The notes: a model not told the origin generated them from the letters alone. 58,957 bases of DNA from Candidatus Uhrbacteria bacterium CG10_big_fil_rev_8_21_14_0_10_48_16 (GCA_002793515.1 PFEU01000015.1:1-58957); one strand, 5' to 3'. Shown: positions 1 through 10,170, numbered from the stretch's first letter. Made by a program: numbers and translations.

Positions 1-15
1 CTGCCGGTAGGCAGG
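1..15. repeat. Partial short palindromic repeat (CTGCC-GGTA-GGCAG) at the window edge
   Basis: Perfect 5-bp stem with a 4-nt loop at the first bases of the window. It resembles the CCTGCC-type palindromes I recall from Patescibacteria genomes (not verified). Confidence 0.4.
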
Positions 16-135
16 GTTCGGGCACTGAAATCTCATTCAATTATGAATGATTTAATGACCCGACTAATTCAGCGAGAAAAGAATATCATATTGATCAGAA
101 CCCTGCAAGACTGACTTATTCCCCCTTTATGACTC

Positions 136-162
136 AAAGTCGGTGGCTGGGCCACCGACTTT
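136..162. terminator. Intrinsic terminator-like hairpin
   Basis: AAAGTCGGTGGC-TGG-GCCACCGACTTT, a perfect 12-bp stem. Confidence 0.6.
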
Positions 163-163
163 A

Positions 164-192
164 TTGACTTTTCTTATGTAGACGACTACGCT
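164..192 (+). promoter_or_regulatory. Sigma70-type promoter
   Basis: TTGACT(164-169)-17 nt-TACGCT(187-192). Confidence 0.55.
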
Positions 193-198
193 CACATG

Positions 199-523
199 GC
201 TGTCCGGTCGCTCTGGCGACTTCTGTGTGGTAGGCGATGAACGAGGAGCTCAACGAAAGCGCCAGACTTTCACCCCTCCAACTCCTTAATCGTTCAAAGC
301 TCATAACCAAGGGCTATCCATGGCGCCCCCGTTCTTCCCAAGACATCTGGCCCTTCTCCCAAGAAGTTGCTCGGGAACATTCGCGATGACCAGGTAATCG
401 CTTGCAACCTGTCGCGAATAGGTAAGAGGAATAAACCTCTGCATAGAATGGCAAAGCACGTCATCTGTTTTTGCCTCGGACTCCCTTCCCCCGCTAGCAC
501 ACATCAGCTAGCGGTCTTTTTTT
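199..523 (+). ncRNA. Candidate structured non-coding RNA of unknown family
   Basis: Lies between a consensus promoter and an intrinsic terminator. It has several stems (212-218/260-266, 379-395/407-419, 425-429/436-440, 450-455/470-475) and no convincing ORF. Confidence 0.35.
491..523 (+). terminator. Intrinsic terminator
   Basis: CCGCTAGC-8 nt-GCTAGCGG followed by TCTTTTTTT. Confidence 0.75.
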
Positions 524-569
524 ACCCCTCTTGCTTAAAACCCCCTCTCTTGTGCTAATATCTGGGTAT

Positions 570-1034
570 ATGAAATACATCCTCCCCACAATCATTATCC
601 TCATGTGTGCTGGTGTTATTGGTGTTCTTTTCTATATCACGACAACGGAAATAGACTCTACTGGTAAGATTCATGCCGATCTCTTCGATCAGGCCAAAAG
701 AACCTGGGATCCTGTCATGGAAGTGCTCCCCTTTGAACCGAATCCAACAACACAACTCACCATCCGATGGCAACCACCTGAAAAAGACTACAATCATTTC
801 GTCATATGGATTTCAACCGCTTCAGGGGAACTTCTTAAATCAGAATCTGGCGAGCATGACCGGGTCAGTCTTGATCCTGATGGTCTTGAGCCAGGCACAG
901 AGTACGTCTTCGCCATCCAAGCCTGTATTGATCCAGATTGTAAACGCTGGTACATCGGCCAAGATGAATATCGAGGAACAACTGAACGTCTCACAGAAGA
1001 AGGAGACATCACCGAAACAATTGACGCAGAATAA
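570..1034 (+). CDS. Membrane-anchored fibronectin type III domain protein
   Basis: ATG at 570 (MKYILPTIIIL, N-terminal TM). FN3-like motifs LTIRWQPP and GLEPGTEYVFAIQAC. Confidence 0.75.
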   Translation: MKYILPTIIILMCAGVIGVLFYITTTEIDSTGKIHADLFDQAKRTWDPVMEVLPFEPNPTTQLTIRWQPPEKDYNHFVIWISTASGELLKSESGEHDRVSLDPDGLEPGTEYVFAIQACIDPDCKRWYIGQDEYRGTTERLTEEGDITETIDAE

Positions 1035-1040
1035 CCTTAC

Positions 1041-1064
1041 AAAGAGGCGAAAAGCCTCTTTTTT
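1041..1064 (+). terminator. Intrinsic terminator
   Basis: AAAGAGGC-GAAAA-GCCTCTTT followed by a T run. Confidence 0.7.
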
Positions 1065-1174
1065 GATTGACAAATACCCCCTTTATTGGGTAGGATCTTT
1101 TTATCTTGGCTAGAAAAGAGGGGCTAGCCAGATTTCCCACCTCAACTCCCCACACCCCCTCACCGGAGCACCCC

Positions 1175-1603
1175 GTGTCTCAGCTGATCCTTCCTCCTGC
1201 TGAAGCTGATCCTTCCGCATCGTCCGCCGTTCATCCCACCACCCCGGCCTCCCCGGCCACCATCAAGCTCCCGAAGCTCGAGACCGAGCCCGCCGCGATC
1301 TTCACCAAGACCTTCGACCCCACGTCGGAGGACTACGGCGAGAAGGTCGCTGATCACCACAAGGTCCTCGGACGCCACGTGATCATCGAGCTCCTCGCTC
1401 CCGCTGGCGCCGATCGGACGCAGCGCCAGCGTCTCTGGCAGAACCACCAGGGCGTGGTCAACTTCGATCGACTTGGCATCGCCGCCAAGGCTCTGGAGCT
1501 CGCCGGCATCAACTGGCGCCAGGCTCGCAACATCCGCGAGGTCCTCGAGTGGGCCGACGCGCTCCCCTCGTCGTCCACCCACACGCAGGAGGAGGTGCAC
1601 TAG
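1175..1603 (+). CDS. Hypothetical protein (GC3-rich orphan)
   Basis: GTG start after a GGAG SD, with promoter TTGACA(1067)-18-TAGGAT upstream. Codons are strongly C/G-ending and the N-terminus is Pro/Ala-rich. Confidence 0.6.
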   Translation: MSQLILPPAEADPSASSAVHPTTPASPATIKLPKLETEPAAIFTKTFDPTSEDYGEKVADHHKVLGRHVIIELLAPAGADRTQRQRLWQNHQGVVNFDRLGIAAKALELAGINWRQARNIREVLEWADALPSSSTHTQEEVH

Positions 1604-1711
1604 CAGACTCCAACCTGCCTACATCGCCAACTTCCTACTGGTCTTGAACCAGAAAAACCAGCTCTCGCTGGCTCTCCCTACGCCCCCGCCTCTAGCAATG
1701 CTATGCGGGTT

Positions 1712-3115
1712 TTATCTTACCTCAACAAGATCAAATCCTTCGCCATGCCGTTCGCCTAACACGATCGCCAACCGCATTCCTTTCTTAATGAGATGATCCT
1801 TTGTTAATTTTGCGATAGCCGTTCGGACAAACGTTCTCTCGTTCTGGGTCTTCATGACAAATGGTTGTGCCCCCCATCCCATAGCAAGTTGTCGAGCTTG
1901 TCGATCCGACCCCACGGCAAGAAACAGAGGAACTTCTGGACGCGACTTCAAAATCGTTTCAGACCACGGAGCAAGGATATGAGAGACAAGCACTCCATCA
2001 ATCGACCCTCGAAGAGCCAATAACTTTACGGCCAAAGATGAGGCACTTACCAGATCACGATCATGATCCATGGAAAGCTTCACATCGTCATACGTAGATG
2101 CTTCTGCCTCTTGCGCGATTTTCGCCATCATTTTGACGGTCTGCAACGGATACTTTCCTGTGGCAGACTCTCCAGAGAGCATCACGGCATCTGTATGATC
2201 AAACACCGCATTCGCTACATCTGAAACTTCTGCCCGTGTTGGGCGAGGGTTCCGAATCATGGAATCCATCATTTGTGTCGCAACGACAACCGGTTTTCCT
2301 GCTTGTCGACATTTCTCAATAATTTCTTTCTGACGAATGGGCACCTCTTCTGCAGGAATCTCGACTCCCAAATCTCCACGCGCAATCATGATCGCATCCG
2401 TGACCGCCAAGATCTCTTCAAATCGATCGATCGCTTCATGCTTTTCTATTTTCACGATCACCCGTGCAGGAACGGTTCCCGGTGGTGTGTGTTTTTTAAT
2501 CAAGCGCTTCATGGCAAGCACAGGGGCAGGTCCGGTCACGAACGATAGAGCAATCCACTCCACTCCCTGCTCCACACCAAAAACAGCGTCTGCTTTGTCT
2601 TTTGTCGTGATGGAGGAAACGTGCAGTTGAGAATCTGGAAAATTCATTCCTTTGTGAGATGTGATTCTTCCTCCATTCACCACCTTGGTATGGATACGAT
2701 AACCAGAAACACGCAGGACGTTAAGCTCAAAAATACCATCATCAATGAGGATACGATCTCCTTTCTTCACATCCAGATGAAGATTCTTATACGTGACCGG
2801 AAGAACACCTTCCTGATATCGGTCTGCGTTTGTTGAGATGATCATCGTTCCTCCTTGAGGGAGTTCTACCCCTTCTTTTGGAAGTTCCCCTAGTCGAATC
2901 TTTGGGCCTTGGAGATCTCCGATGAGAGGGACGAACTTTCCTGCTTTTTTTGATGCCGATCGGACCGTGCGAATCAATCGCTTATGATCCGCATGCGTTG
3001 CATGAGAGAAATTGAGCCGTGCAACATCCATCCCTGCGCGCATCATCTTTTCTAATACAGACGGACTTGCACTCGCTGGCCCAATGGTACAAATAATCTT
3101 CGTTCTTTTTTTCAT
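1712..3115 (-). CDS. pyk: Pyruvate kinase
   Basis: RTKIICTIGPAS, ARLNFSH, DLQGPKIR, MIARGDLGVE, ATQMMDSM and AVMLSGESATGKYP motifs. Confidence 0.97.
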   Translation of the reverse strand: MKKRTKIICTIGPASASPSVLEKMMRAGMDVARLNFSHATHADHKRLIRTVRSASKKAGKFVPLIGDLQGPKIRLGELPKEGVELPQGGTMIISTNADRYQEGVLPVTYKNLHLDVKKGDRILIDDGIFELNVLRVSGYRIHTKVVNGGRITSHKGMNFPDSQLHVSSITTKDKADAVFGVEQGVEWIALSFVTGPAPVLAMKRLIKKHTPPGTVPARVIVKIEKHEAIDRFEEILAVTDAIMIARGDLGVEIPAEEVPIRQKEIIEKCRQAGKPVVVATQMMDSMIRNPRPTRAEVSDVANAVFDHTDAVMLSGESATGKYPLQTVKMMAKIAQEAEASTYDDVKLSMDHDRDLVSASSLAVKLLALRGSIDGVLVSHILAPWSETILKSRPEVPLFLAVGSDRQARQLAMGWGAQPFVMKTQNERTFVRTAIAKLTKDHLIKKGMRLAIVLGERHGEGFDLVEVR

Positions 3116-3117
3116 AG

Positions 3118-4341
3118 TTATTCACCGTACTCGGCAAGTGTTACTTCAATGTCGATCTGCTCTGTCCCGCGCAAAATAGTAATAGTAATGAGATCCCCCG
3201 GTCGATAGACCGAGATACGTTCTGCGAGTCCTTGGTCTTCCGAGAGAGTCTCACCATTAACGGCAATAATAATATCATCTTCTTGAAGTCCTGCTACATC
3301 GGCCGGAGATCCTGCAAAGACCCCGTCTTCTCCTGGTTGATCTCCTGAGACAATTAAAGCGCCGACTTCGTACATAGACGCTTGATCTCCCTCCTCCTGA
3401 GGGTCCACGAGAACATATCGGACGCCAAGCCAAGGACGTACGATGCGCCCATAGAGTTGAACATCTTCTACCGCCCGCTTTGCCTCATTAATCGGGATGG
3501 CAAATGCCACGGACTCCCCTTGAAAACTCACAGCCGTATTAATCCCGATCACTTCCCCCAGAAGATTAATCAATGGTCCTCCAGAATTTCCAGGATTAAT
3601 CGCGGCATCCGTTTGAATTGCCTGTTCAATCACCTCTGCATTATACGAATCCCCCGCGCTCACGCGACGATTGATTCCAGACACAACGCCTTTGGTCACC
3701 GTATTACGAAATTCCGATAAGGTATTCCCGATCGCAATCACGGTCTGTCCGATACGGATCGTATCTGAGTCGCTCAGCGTGACAATCGGGAATGCGTCTC
3801 CTTCCACACGAAGGACGGCAATGTCTTGCAAAGGATCAATATCAACAAGTTCCGCGGGAAGCTCATCTCCATCGTTTGTGACCACAAAGAAACTTACGCC
3901 TTCTTCATCCACCACATGACGGTTTGTGAGGAGATATCCATCTTCCGTCACAAAGAATCCTGTTCCACTACTGATTTCAATAAGCTCTGCGGACGATGCC
4001 TCGTCAAGTGGTTCAAACGGGTAGTAGCGATCTTGAAAAAGAAACCCCGCTTCCTGTTCAAGTTTCCCCCGCTCTTTTTTTACAACGATACTAACCACCG
4101 CTGGCGTCACACGCTCCACCACGGCGATACTCGCACTTTCATCTTCAATCAACTCAACAATACGAGACTCAACCGCCTCCGGACTCATACTTGTCTGAGA
4201 AGCACGAAGCCAGGAAAAAGACCCTCCCTGCGAGGTGAACACAAGGGTTGTGATGGCACCCGCCACAGAACCGACCACGGCAGAAATCGCAATGGTTATC
4301 ACAAAGAGAATGTGAGGAATTGAACGTTTTGTTTCTTCCAT
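3118..4341 (-). CDS. htrA: HtrA/DegP-like trypsin serine protease with PDZ domain
   Basis: N-terminal TM, catalytic motifs LTNRHVV, DIAVL and QTDAAINPGNSGGPL, and a C-terminal PDZ. Start moved to MEETKR (4341) to avoid overlapping nrdR. Confidence 0.92.
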   Translation of the reverse strand: MEETKRSIPHILFVITIAISAVVGSVAGAITTLVFTSQGGSFSWLRASQTSMSPEAVESRIVELIEDESASIAVVERVTPAVVSIVVKKERGKLEQEAGFLFQDRYYPFEPLDEASSAELIEISSGTGFFVTEDGYLLTNRHVVDEEGVSFFVVTNDGDELPAELVDIDPLQDIAVLRVEGDAFPIVTLSDSDTIRIGQTVIAIGNTLSEFRNTVTKGVVSGINRRVSAGDSYNAEVIEQAIQTDAAINPGNSGGPLINLLGEVIGINTAVSFQGESVAFAIPINEAKRAVEDVQLYGRIVRPWLGVRYVLVDPQEEGDQASMYEVGALIVSGDQPGEDGVFAGSPADVAGLQEDDIIIAVNGETLSEDQGLAERISVYRPGDLITITILRGTEQIDIEVTLAEYGE

Positions 4342-4345
4342 AAAG

Positions 4346-4834
4346 TTATTTTTTTTGACTTGGTGATTTTTTTGGTGTGCGTCCGCGACGTTTAAGTTTT
4401 TGAAGTTCTGATTCAAACGTTTCTACATCCTCAAACGAACGATACACAGACGCAAAACGGATATACGCAACTTTATCAAACGATTTTAAATTCTTCATCA
4501 AGATCTCTCCCAGCTCCTCCGTCGTGAGCTGACCTCGTTTCTTTTTTTGAACATCTCGCTCAATCTTATGCACGAGCTTCTGAAATGCCTGATCGGTAAA
4601 CGGACGTTTCTCCAGAGACCGCATAAGACCCTTTGTCATCTTGTCTCGCGAATACGCTTCTCGACGACCATCGCGCTTCACCACCGTCAGATCGAGCAAC
4701 TCAACCTCTTCAAGCGTGGAAAACCGAAAACCACATTTCTCGCACTCACGTCTTCTTCGGACACTTGCTCCGTCCGCTGAAATACGTGAGTCAACCACTT
4801 TGGTATCCTTATGATTACAAACCGCACAATACAT
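4346..4834 (-). CDS. nrdR: Transcriptional repressor NrdR
   Basis: CxxC zinc ribbon, VVDSR, RRRRECxxCGFRFST, ATP cone and AYIRFASVY. Confidence 0.97.
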   Translation of the reverse strand: MYCAVCNHKDTKVVDSRISADGASVRRRRECEKCGFRFSTLEEVELLDLTVVKRDGRREAYSRDKMTKGLMRSLEKRPFTDQAFQKLVHKIERDVQKKKRGQLTTEELGEILMKNLKSFDKVAYIRFASVYRSFEDVETFESELQKLKRRGRTPKKSPSQKK

Positions 4835-4904
4835 AACACGCTTAGGTCATCCAATTAATCGTCCTTGTAGTATATCAAAAAACGGCCCGTTGTGGGCCGT
4901 TCAT

Positions 4905-6125
4905 CTACATCATCTTCTTTCGGATAAAGGCCGGGATCTCAATCTCATCCTCTTCTTTTTGTGGTCTTGGGGGTGCGGACATGACTGGCTTTGGAGCAGG
5001 CATCTCAACCTTTGGAGGGGCCATGCGCTCGGGAGCCGGTGCTTGAAAATTCACTCGAGGCTTCTGTTGAATAGGTTCATCTTCTCGGACACGCAAGAAA
5101 TTATTTGTTGGAGGAACCCATGTTCCTTGAGCCTGAACTTCAACCGTTCCTGGAGCCTTTGTTCGACGCTCTCGTGAATCAAATCCTGTTGCCACAACCG
5201 TGATACGCACCTCGTCCTCCATCCCATCATCGATGGTTGCTCCAAAAATCACACGAGCATCTTCATCTGCAGAACCAGTAATCACCTTCGCCGCTTCTGC
5301 GACTTCATGCATCCCGAGGTCAGATCCTCCAGAAATGGTAAAGAGAATTCCTTTTGCTCCATCGATTGAAAGCTCAAGGAGCGGACTTGCGATTGCTTGC
5401 TTTGCGGCTTCTACCGCACGATTTTCACCTGACGCGCGTCCAATTCCCATAAGGGCGGAACCTGAACAGGCCATAATCGCCTTCACGTCGGCGTAATCGA
5501 CGTTAATGAGTCCAGGAACGGTAATCAGCTCCGCAATCCCCTGAACACCTTGTCTGAGAACGTCGTCAACAACATTAAACGCATCCATGAGGGACGTCTT
5601 CTTGTCGATGATCTGAAGGACACGATCATTCGGGATCGTAATAATGGCATCAACATGTTCTAGGAGCCGATCAAATCCATCGTCCGCAATTCTGCGTCGT
5701 TGAGCTCCTTCAAAGGTAAATGGCTTTGTCACAACCGCAACCGTCAGAGCCCCAATATCTTTCGCCAATTTTGCCACTTCAGGAATCGCTCCTGTTCCTG
5801 TTCCTCCTCCAAGTCCACAGGTCAAAAAGACCATGTCGGCTCCGGAAAGAGCTTCTCGTATTTCATTCTGGTTTTCTTCCGCAGCCTTTGATCCAACATC
5901 TGGATTCATTCCGGCTCCCAATCCTCGCGTAAGCGTTTTTCCAATCGGAATCTTTTTTGGAGCAAGGTTTTGATTAAGCGCCTGAACATCCGTATTCACA
6001 ACCATGAATTCTACCCCCTTGATGTTGTCGCTGATCATGCGGTTCACGGCTGCACCACCGCCCCCTCCAATACCAACAACTTTAATCTTGGCAAAGGTCT
6101 CGATATCTGGTTTAACTTGGGCCAT
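4905..6125 (-). CDS. ftsZ: Cell division protein FtsZ
   Basis: [19 protein letters not shown] tubulin signature, INVDYADV and C-terminal EIPAFIRK. Confidence 0.98.
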   Translation of the reverse strand: MAQVKPDIETFAKIKVVGIGGGGGAAVNRMISDNIKGVEFMVVNTDVQALNQNLAPKKIPIGKTLTRGLGAGMNPDVGSKAAEENQNEIREALSGADMVFLTCGLGGGTGTGAIPEVAKLAKDIGALTVAVVTKPFTFEGAQRRRIADDGFDRLLEHVDAIITIPNDRVLQIIDKKTSLMDAFNVVDDVLRQGVQGIAELITVPGLINVDYADVKAIMACSGSALMGIGRASGENRAVEAAKQAIASPLLELSIDGAKGILFTISGGSDLGMHEVAEAAKVITGSADEDARVIFGATIDDGMEDEVRITVVATGFDSRERRTKAPGTVEVQAQGTWVPPTNNFLRVREDEPIQQKPRVNFQAPAPERMAPPKVEMPAPKPVMSAPPRPQKEEDEIEIPAFIRKKMM

Positions 6126-6324
6126 AAAAAGTGTTTGAACAATTTAGATCTTCACAATTACGTGTCTGAAAACGAGAAAGAACTTGCTTGAACAAATCAT
6201 GTGCTCAAAATTCGCTACACTGAGCACAAAAATCATTCAACACTTTAACATCGACACCACCCCTGTCAAGAAAATAAAAAAGAAGATGTGTATATCTTCT
6301 TTTTGAAAATCGATGATGTCTTTC

Positions 6325-7584
6325 TTACGGTTTAAGTGATTGGAAGATTTTTTTAAACCCAGAGGTGATCTTGTCCATGTCCCCAAAGCGAGTAAAGAGG
6401 TTTCCAATTCCCCCTTTTCCACTTGAACCTCGAATATGGTGACCCCACAGGACAAGTCCCATGGCGGTACTCATCGCCGGATCATTTACTCGATCAATTA
6501 CGCTCGTCACTCCAATCGGCGTTCCAAGAGAAACAGGTAAACGAAAGGCGGATTTAGCAGCGTCCAGGATTCCACTTAATTTTGCCCCTCCTCCTGTTAG
6601 AATGATTCCTGCTGGAAGCATTCCTGATCGATCAATCTTTTTTAACTCACGATCAATATGTTCAAAAATTTCCTGCACACGAGCTTCGGTAATATCCGCT
6701 ACGAACCTCCTTCCCACAATCTCTTCTTCAGGAGCTCCGAGTTCCCCAAGATTAATTTCTTCCTTCTTATTCACATCGTCCGGAAGACAGGTAGCGTAAT
6801 GCAGTTTTACTTGCTCAGCGACGTCAATGGACGTGCGCAATCCGATCGCAATATCTGATGTTACATGGTCTGAACCAATAGGAAGAACAGCTGTATGGAG
6901 TACGTCACCTTCCTCAAAGACAACCACATTTGTTGTGGAAGCCCCAATATTTACCACACAAACCCCAAGCTCTTTTTGACGATCAGATACAACGGCTTCT
7001 GCAGTTGCGAGGATAGAAAAGACAAGATCTTCAATGTCGAGTCCTGTTCGATAGACGGCTTTTGTCAGATTCTTAATTTGAGAACCCAACCCCTGAATAA
7101 TAATGGCATCAACCTCAAGACGAATGCCGTTCATGCCCACGGGGTCTTTAACCCCTCGTTGACCATCCACGGTAAAACTTTTTGGAATCACGTGAATAAT
7201 TTCATAATTGGTCGGAGTGGCGACCGTACGAGCTGCTTCAATCGAACGTTCAACATCCTCATCACGAATCTCGCCATCGCTTCTTCCAACCCCAATAACT
7301 CCCCGAGACTCCTGGGAAATGATGTGACTGCCATTGATCCCTACCCAAGCTTTACTCAAGGGAACACCCGTAATGCGCTCTGCTTGCTCGAGAGCTCGTG
7401 AGATTGACGACACAGCGTCTTCAAGATTCGTAATGGTTCCTTTGCTCACTCCAGATGAGGGTACCTCAACAGCTCCAATAATATGGATTTGTTCTCCTCC
7501 TTCTGGTGAAGGCACGAGCTTCCCTACCGCAGCACGGATCGCATACGTTCCAACATCGAGTCCTGTAAATATCTCTTCAGACAT
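6325..7584 (-). CDS. ftsA: Cell division protein FtsA
   Basis: GLDVGT, DPVGMNGIRLEV, IILTGGGAKL and a C-terminal amphipathic helix; directly upstream of ftsZ. Confidence 0.96.
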   Translation of the reverse strand: MSEEIFTGLDVGTYAIRAAVGKLVPSPEGGEQIHIIGAVEVPSSGVSKGTITNLEDAVSSISRALEQAERITGVPLSKAWVGINGSHIISQESRGVIGVGRSDGEIRDEDVERSIEAARTVATPTNYEIIHVIPKSFTVDGQRGVKDPVGMNGIRLEVDAIIIQGLGSQIKNLTKAVYRTGLDIEDLVFSILATAEAVVSDRQKELGVCVVNIGASTTNVVVFEEGDVLHTAVLPIGSDHVTSDIAIGLRTSIDVAEQVKLHYATCLPDDVNKKEEINLGELGAPEEEIVGRRFVADITEARVQEIFEHIDRELKKIDRSGMLPAGIILTGGGAKLSGILDAAKSAFRLPVSLGTPIGVTSVIDRVNDPAMSTAMGLVLWGHHIRGSSGKGGIGNLFTRFGDMDKITSGFKKIFQSLKP

Positions 7585-7603
7585 AACTAGTTCCAGTATA
7601 TCG

Positions 7604-7981
7604 TTAACCGAGGGAGCTCACAAGTTCAAATAGATGGGGGTAAAAGATCATCAGACCCACAATCGCAGAGATTATGGAAGCAATCAGAACGGCTCCCGCC
7701 ATAATATCCTTAATATCTTTCACAATAGGGTGAATCCTTGGTTTAAATGAGTCCACGATCCGTTCAAAAATACTATTGATCAGTTCGAGGGTTAATACGG
7801 ACCCAATCAGCAGAACGAGAAGGATCCACTCAAACATCTTCACCTGAAAGAGATATCCAAAAAACAAAACCCAAACACTAATAAAAACTTGAATACGAAA
7901 ACTCTGCTCAGAACGAAACACAACAGCAACACCCCGAGTGGCGTGTCTAAAACTTTTACCCATTCGTCCTAGATGAATCAT
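7604..7981 (-). CDS. dgkA: Diacylglycerol/undecaprenol kinase family protein
   Basis: SFRHATRG, ELINSIFERIVD and KDIMAGAVL motifs; three TMs; follows ybeY. Confidence 0.9.
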   Translation of the reverse strand: MIHLGRMGKSFRHATRGVAVVFRSEQSFRIQVFISVWVLFFGYLFQVKMFEWILLVLLIGSVLTLELINSIFERIVDSFKPRIHPIVKDIKDIMAGAVLIASIISAIVGLMIFYPHLFELVSSLG

Positions 7982-8415
7982 AGTCGACTATCAATAGTAA
8001 GGGAGTGAAGAATCTTCTCTTGGAGGGGAAACATTTTCTTTGCATCATTGGGTTTCTCATGATCGTACCCAAACAGATGGAGAATCCCATGCACGATCAA
8101 AAAACTGATTTCATCCCGAGTCGAGTGCCCCATCTCCTGCCCCTGAATCTTTGCCTGATCGTAACTCAGCAAAATTTCTCCTTTCATCTGCTCACCATCT
8201 AACTCAAATGAGAGGACATCTGTGACACGATCTTTCCCTCGCCATTGTCGATTCAGCTTCCTCATCTGAGCCTTGCTGATGAATCCGATAGAAACGTAAA
8301 CCGTCCCTTTGACCTTCAACGCACGTGAACACGCTGAAAGTACTTTTTTCAATTGAGCGATCGGCATGCGCTGTCCTCCTTTGAGAAGCGATTGATTGAG
8401 TTCAGCTTCGATCAT
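7978..8415 (-). CDS. ybeY: rRNA maturation RNase YbeY
   Basis: TDVLSF and HGILHLFGYDH signature. Confidence 0.95.
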   Translation of the reverse strand: MIEAELNQSLLKGGQRMPIAQLKKVLSACSRALKVKGTVYVSIGFISKAQMRKLNRQWRGKDRVTDVLSFELDGEQMKGEILLSYDQAKIQGQEMGHSTRDEISFLIVHGILHLFGYDHEKPNDAKKMFPLQEKILHSLTIDSRL

Positions 8416-9467
8416 ACCCCTTCTTCAACCACAGGCTCTTCAATAACCTCGACCTCCTCGCTTTCCACAACTTGAACGCTGTTAATCATCATTTGGAATG
8501 TTTGGAGATAATCAACCCGGGTTTTAATCCCTGTATCATACTTGAATAAGAGCACTCCTGATCCAAGATCGATGTAGGCGCTTAATTGATCTTCTCCCTG
8601 GATCATCTGAAGTCCATTTTTCGTGGTTCCCACAAGCGGACGTGTGAGTGTTAACTGCTCATCTGCCCAATCTTCTAAGGTTTGTGCTTCCTCCTTTTCC
8701 ACAAATGTTACTCTAAAGCCCTCACCTGTTTGCGCATCCATCACCAGTTCTCCCTCCTCCTCTTGAATATCCCATATTTTTGGGTAATAAAATTCATAGG
8801 AAACGCGAGTGGTTGCATGAGTCATTGCTTCAACAAGACCAGACTCAAGAAGTGTTCCAAGAGAGGCCGGGTTATAGCGATGGAAAACTTCGTTTCCGTC
8901 CAAGAACCCATCGGCATCTGTATCAGGAAGTCGAGAATCGGTTCCGTACACAAGCTTCTCCTCCGTATCCGTCAATCCATCTGAGTCTGAATCCACCCCT
9001 GGCGTGACTTCCACAGGGAACACATCTGGTTCCTCCACAGGTTCTGTTACAGGCTCCTCCACAGGCTCTTCTACGGGCTCTGTAGTCGTGGGAGCGGGTC
9101 GAGTCGTGGTTGTTGGGGTGACGTCTGTAGTTTCAGTCGCATCTGGAACCGTTCTGAGTAAGAAGAATCCACCAATACTCAAAAGTAACAGGACGATTAC
9201 CCCAATAATCACGATCTTCTTGGTAGAAGATCCCTTTCTTTTTGTTGGAAGCGGTTTTGGCGGAGCCTTTGGAGGAGCCACGGGGACTCCAGGCGTTCTT
9301 ACTTCAATAGGACTTTTGACCGTTTGTTTTGTCTCTGGTTGATGAAGCACGGCTTGCGCCCCATGCCGATAGCGCTCAGGCATCGTAAAGACTCGCGCCT
9401 CTACCCCTGAGGGAGCGCTTTGAGCTGATTGTGGCTTTTCAATTTGCTGAAGATTTTCCTGAGCCAT
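8412..9467 (-). CDS. Membrane-anchored protein with Ca-binding (TSP3-like DxDxDG) repeats
   Basis: Pro-rich cytoplasmic N-terminus, single TM, EPVE/T-rich linker, then DSDSDGLTDTEE and DTDADGFLDGNEV. Confidence 0.8.
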   Translation of the reverse strand: MAQENLQQIEKPQSAQSAPSGVEARVFTMPERYRHGAQAVLHQPETKQTVKSPIEVRTPGVPVAPPKAPPKPLPTKRKGSSTKKIVIIGVIVLLLLSIGGFFLLRTVPDATETTDVTPTTTTRPAPTTTEPVEEPVEEPVTEPVEEPDVFPVEVTPGVDSDSDGLTDTEEKLVYGTDSRLPDTDADGFLDGNEVFHRYNPASLGTLLESGLVEAMTHATTRVSYEFYYPKIWDIQEEEGELVMDAQTGEGFRVTFVEKEEAQTLEDWADEQLTLTRPLVGTTKNGLQMIQGEDQLSAYIDLGSGVLLFKYDTGIKTRVDYLQTFQMMINSVQVVESEEVEVIEEPVVEEGV

Positions 9468-9481
9468 ACACGAGCGATCGG

Positions 9482-10144
9482 TTAACTTGATTCAGATGGA
9501 ACATCACGCAAGAGACCCTCTCCATTTGGATTGTAACCTCCTTTCACTTCTTCTCCATCAAGGTACCCGTCTCCATCTGTATCAGGATTCAATGGATCTG
9601 TTCCCCAGGTCATAATCTCCTCTCGATCAAACAACCCGTCACTATCTGTATCCGCCGCACGAATACTTGTTCCGTATTCGGCTTCTTCTTCGTCTGTGAG
9701 TCCGTCTTTATCTGTATCCAAACGAGAAGCGGGTTCCTCCTCCACTTCTTCTACAACTGGTTCTTCCACCACCTCTTCTGCCTCCTCTACAATGGGTTCT
9801 TCTGTGGTTACAGCCGTTGGAGAAACAGGTGTGACAGATGTGCGGGATCCAAGAATTCTCATGGAAAGAAAGAAGGATGCAACGACGATCACGATAATTC
9901 CCACCACAAGAAGAATGGTCTTCCATGTATGTCCACTTTTGTCTGGAGACAGCTCTGCGATACGTCCACCCATGGACCCAGCTCCAGACGCTTGAGGTGG
10001 AGTGGATGAAGCCATCACAGAGGCAGGCGCAGAAGGTGACTCTGAAGAAACAACAGGTTGATCCGTAGGAGCCGTGACCTGAGGAGCTGACTTATCCGTT
10101 TGCTCAAACATGTCTTCGGGCTCTTTTTTTACATCATCGAACAT
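9482..10144 (-). CDS. Membrane-anchored protein with three TSP3-like Ca-binding repeats
   Basis: TM segment followed by DTDKDGLTDEEE, DTDSDGLFDREE and DTDGDGYLDGEEV. Confidence 0.82.
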   Translation of the reverse strand: MFDDVKKEPEDMFEQTDKSAPQVTAPTDQPVVSSESPSAPASVMASSTPPQASGAGSMGGRIAELSPDKSGHTWKTILLVVGIIVIVVASFFLSMRILGSRTSVTPVSPTAVTTEEPIVEEAEEVVEEPVVEEVEEEPASRLDTDKDGLTDEEEAEYGTSIRAADTDSDGLFDREEIMTWGTDPLNPDTDGDGYLDGEEVKGGYNPNGEGLLRDVPSESS

Positions 10145-10170
10145 AGCGGGGTGTTTAATACTTCAATAGA

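Noticed and set aside
196-240. 14-aa ORF MAVRSLWRLLCGRR as a leader peptide
   Set aside because: The ATG is only 3 nt after the -10 box, so it likely precedes the transcription start. There is no regulatory codon run linked to the downstream gene.
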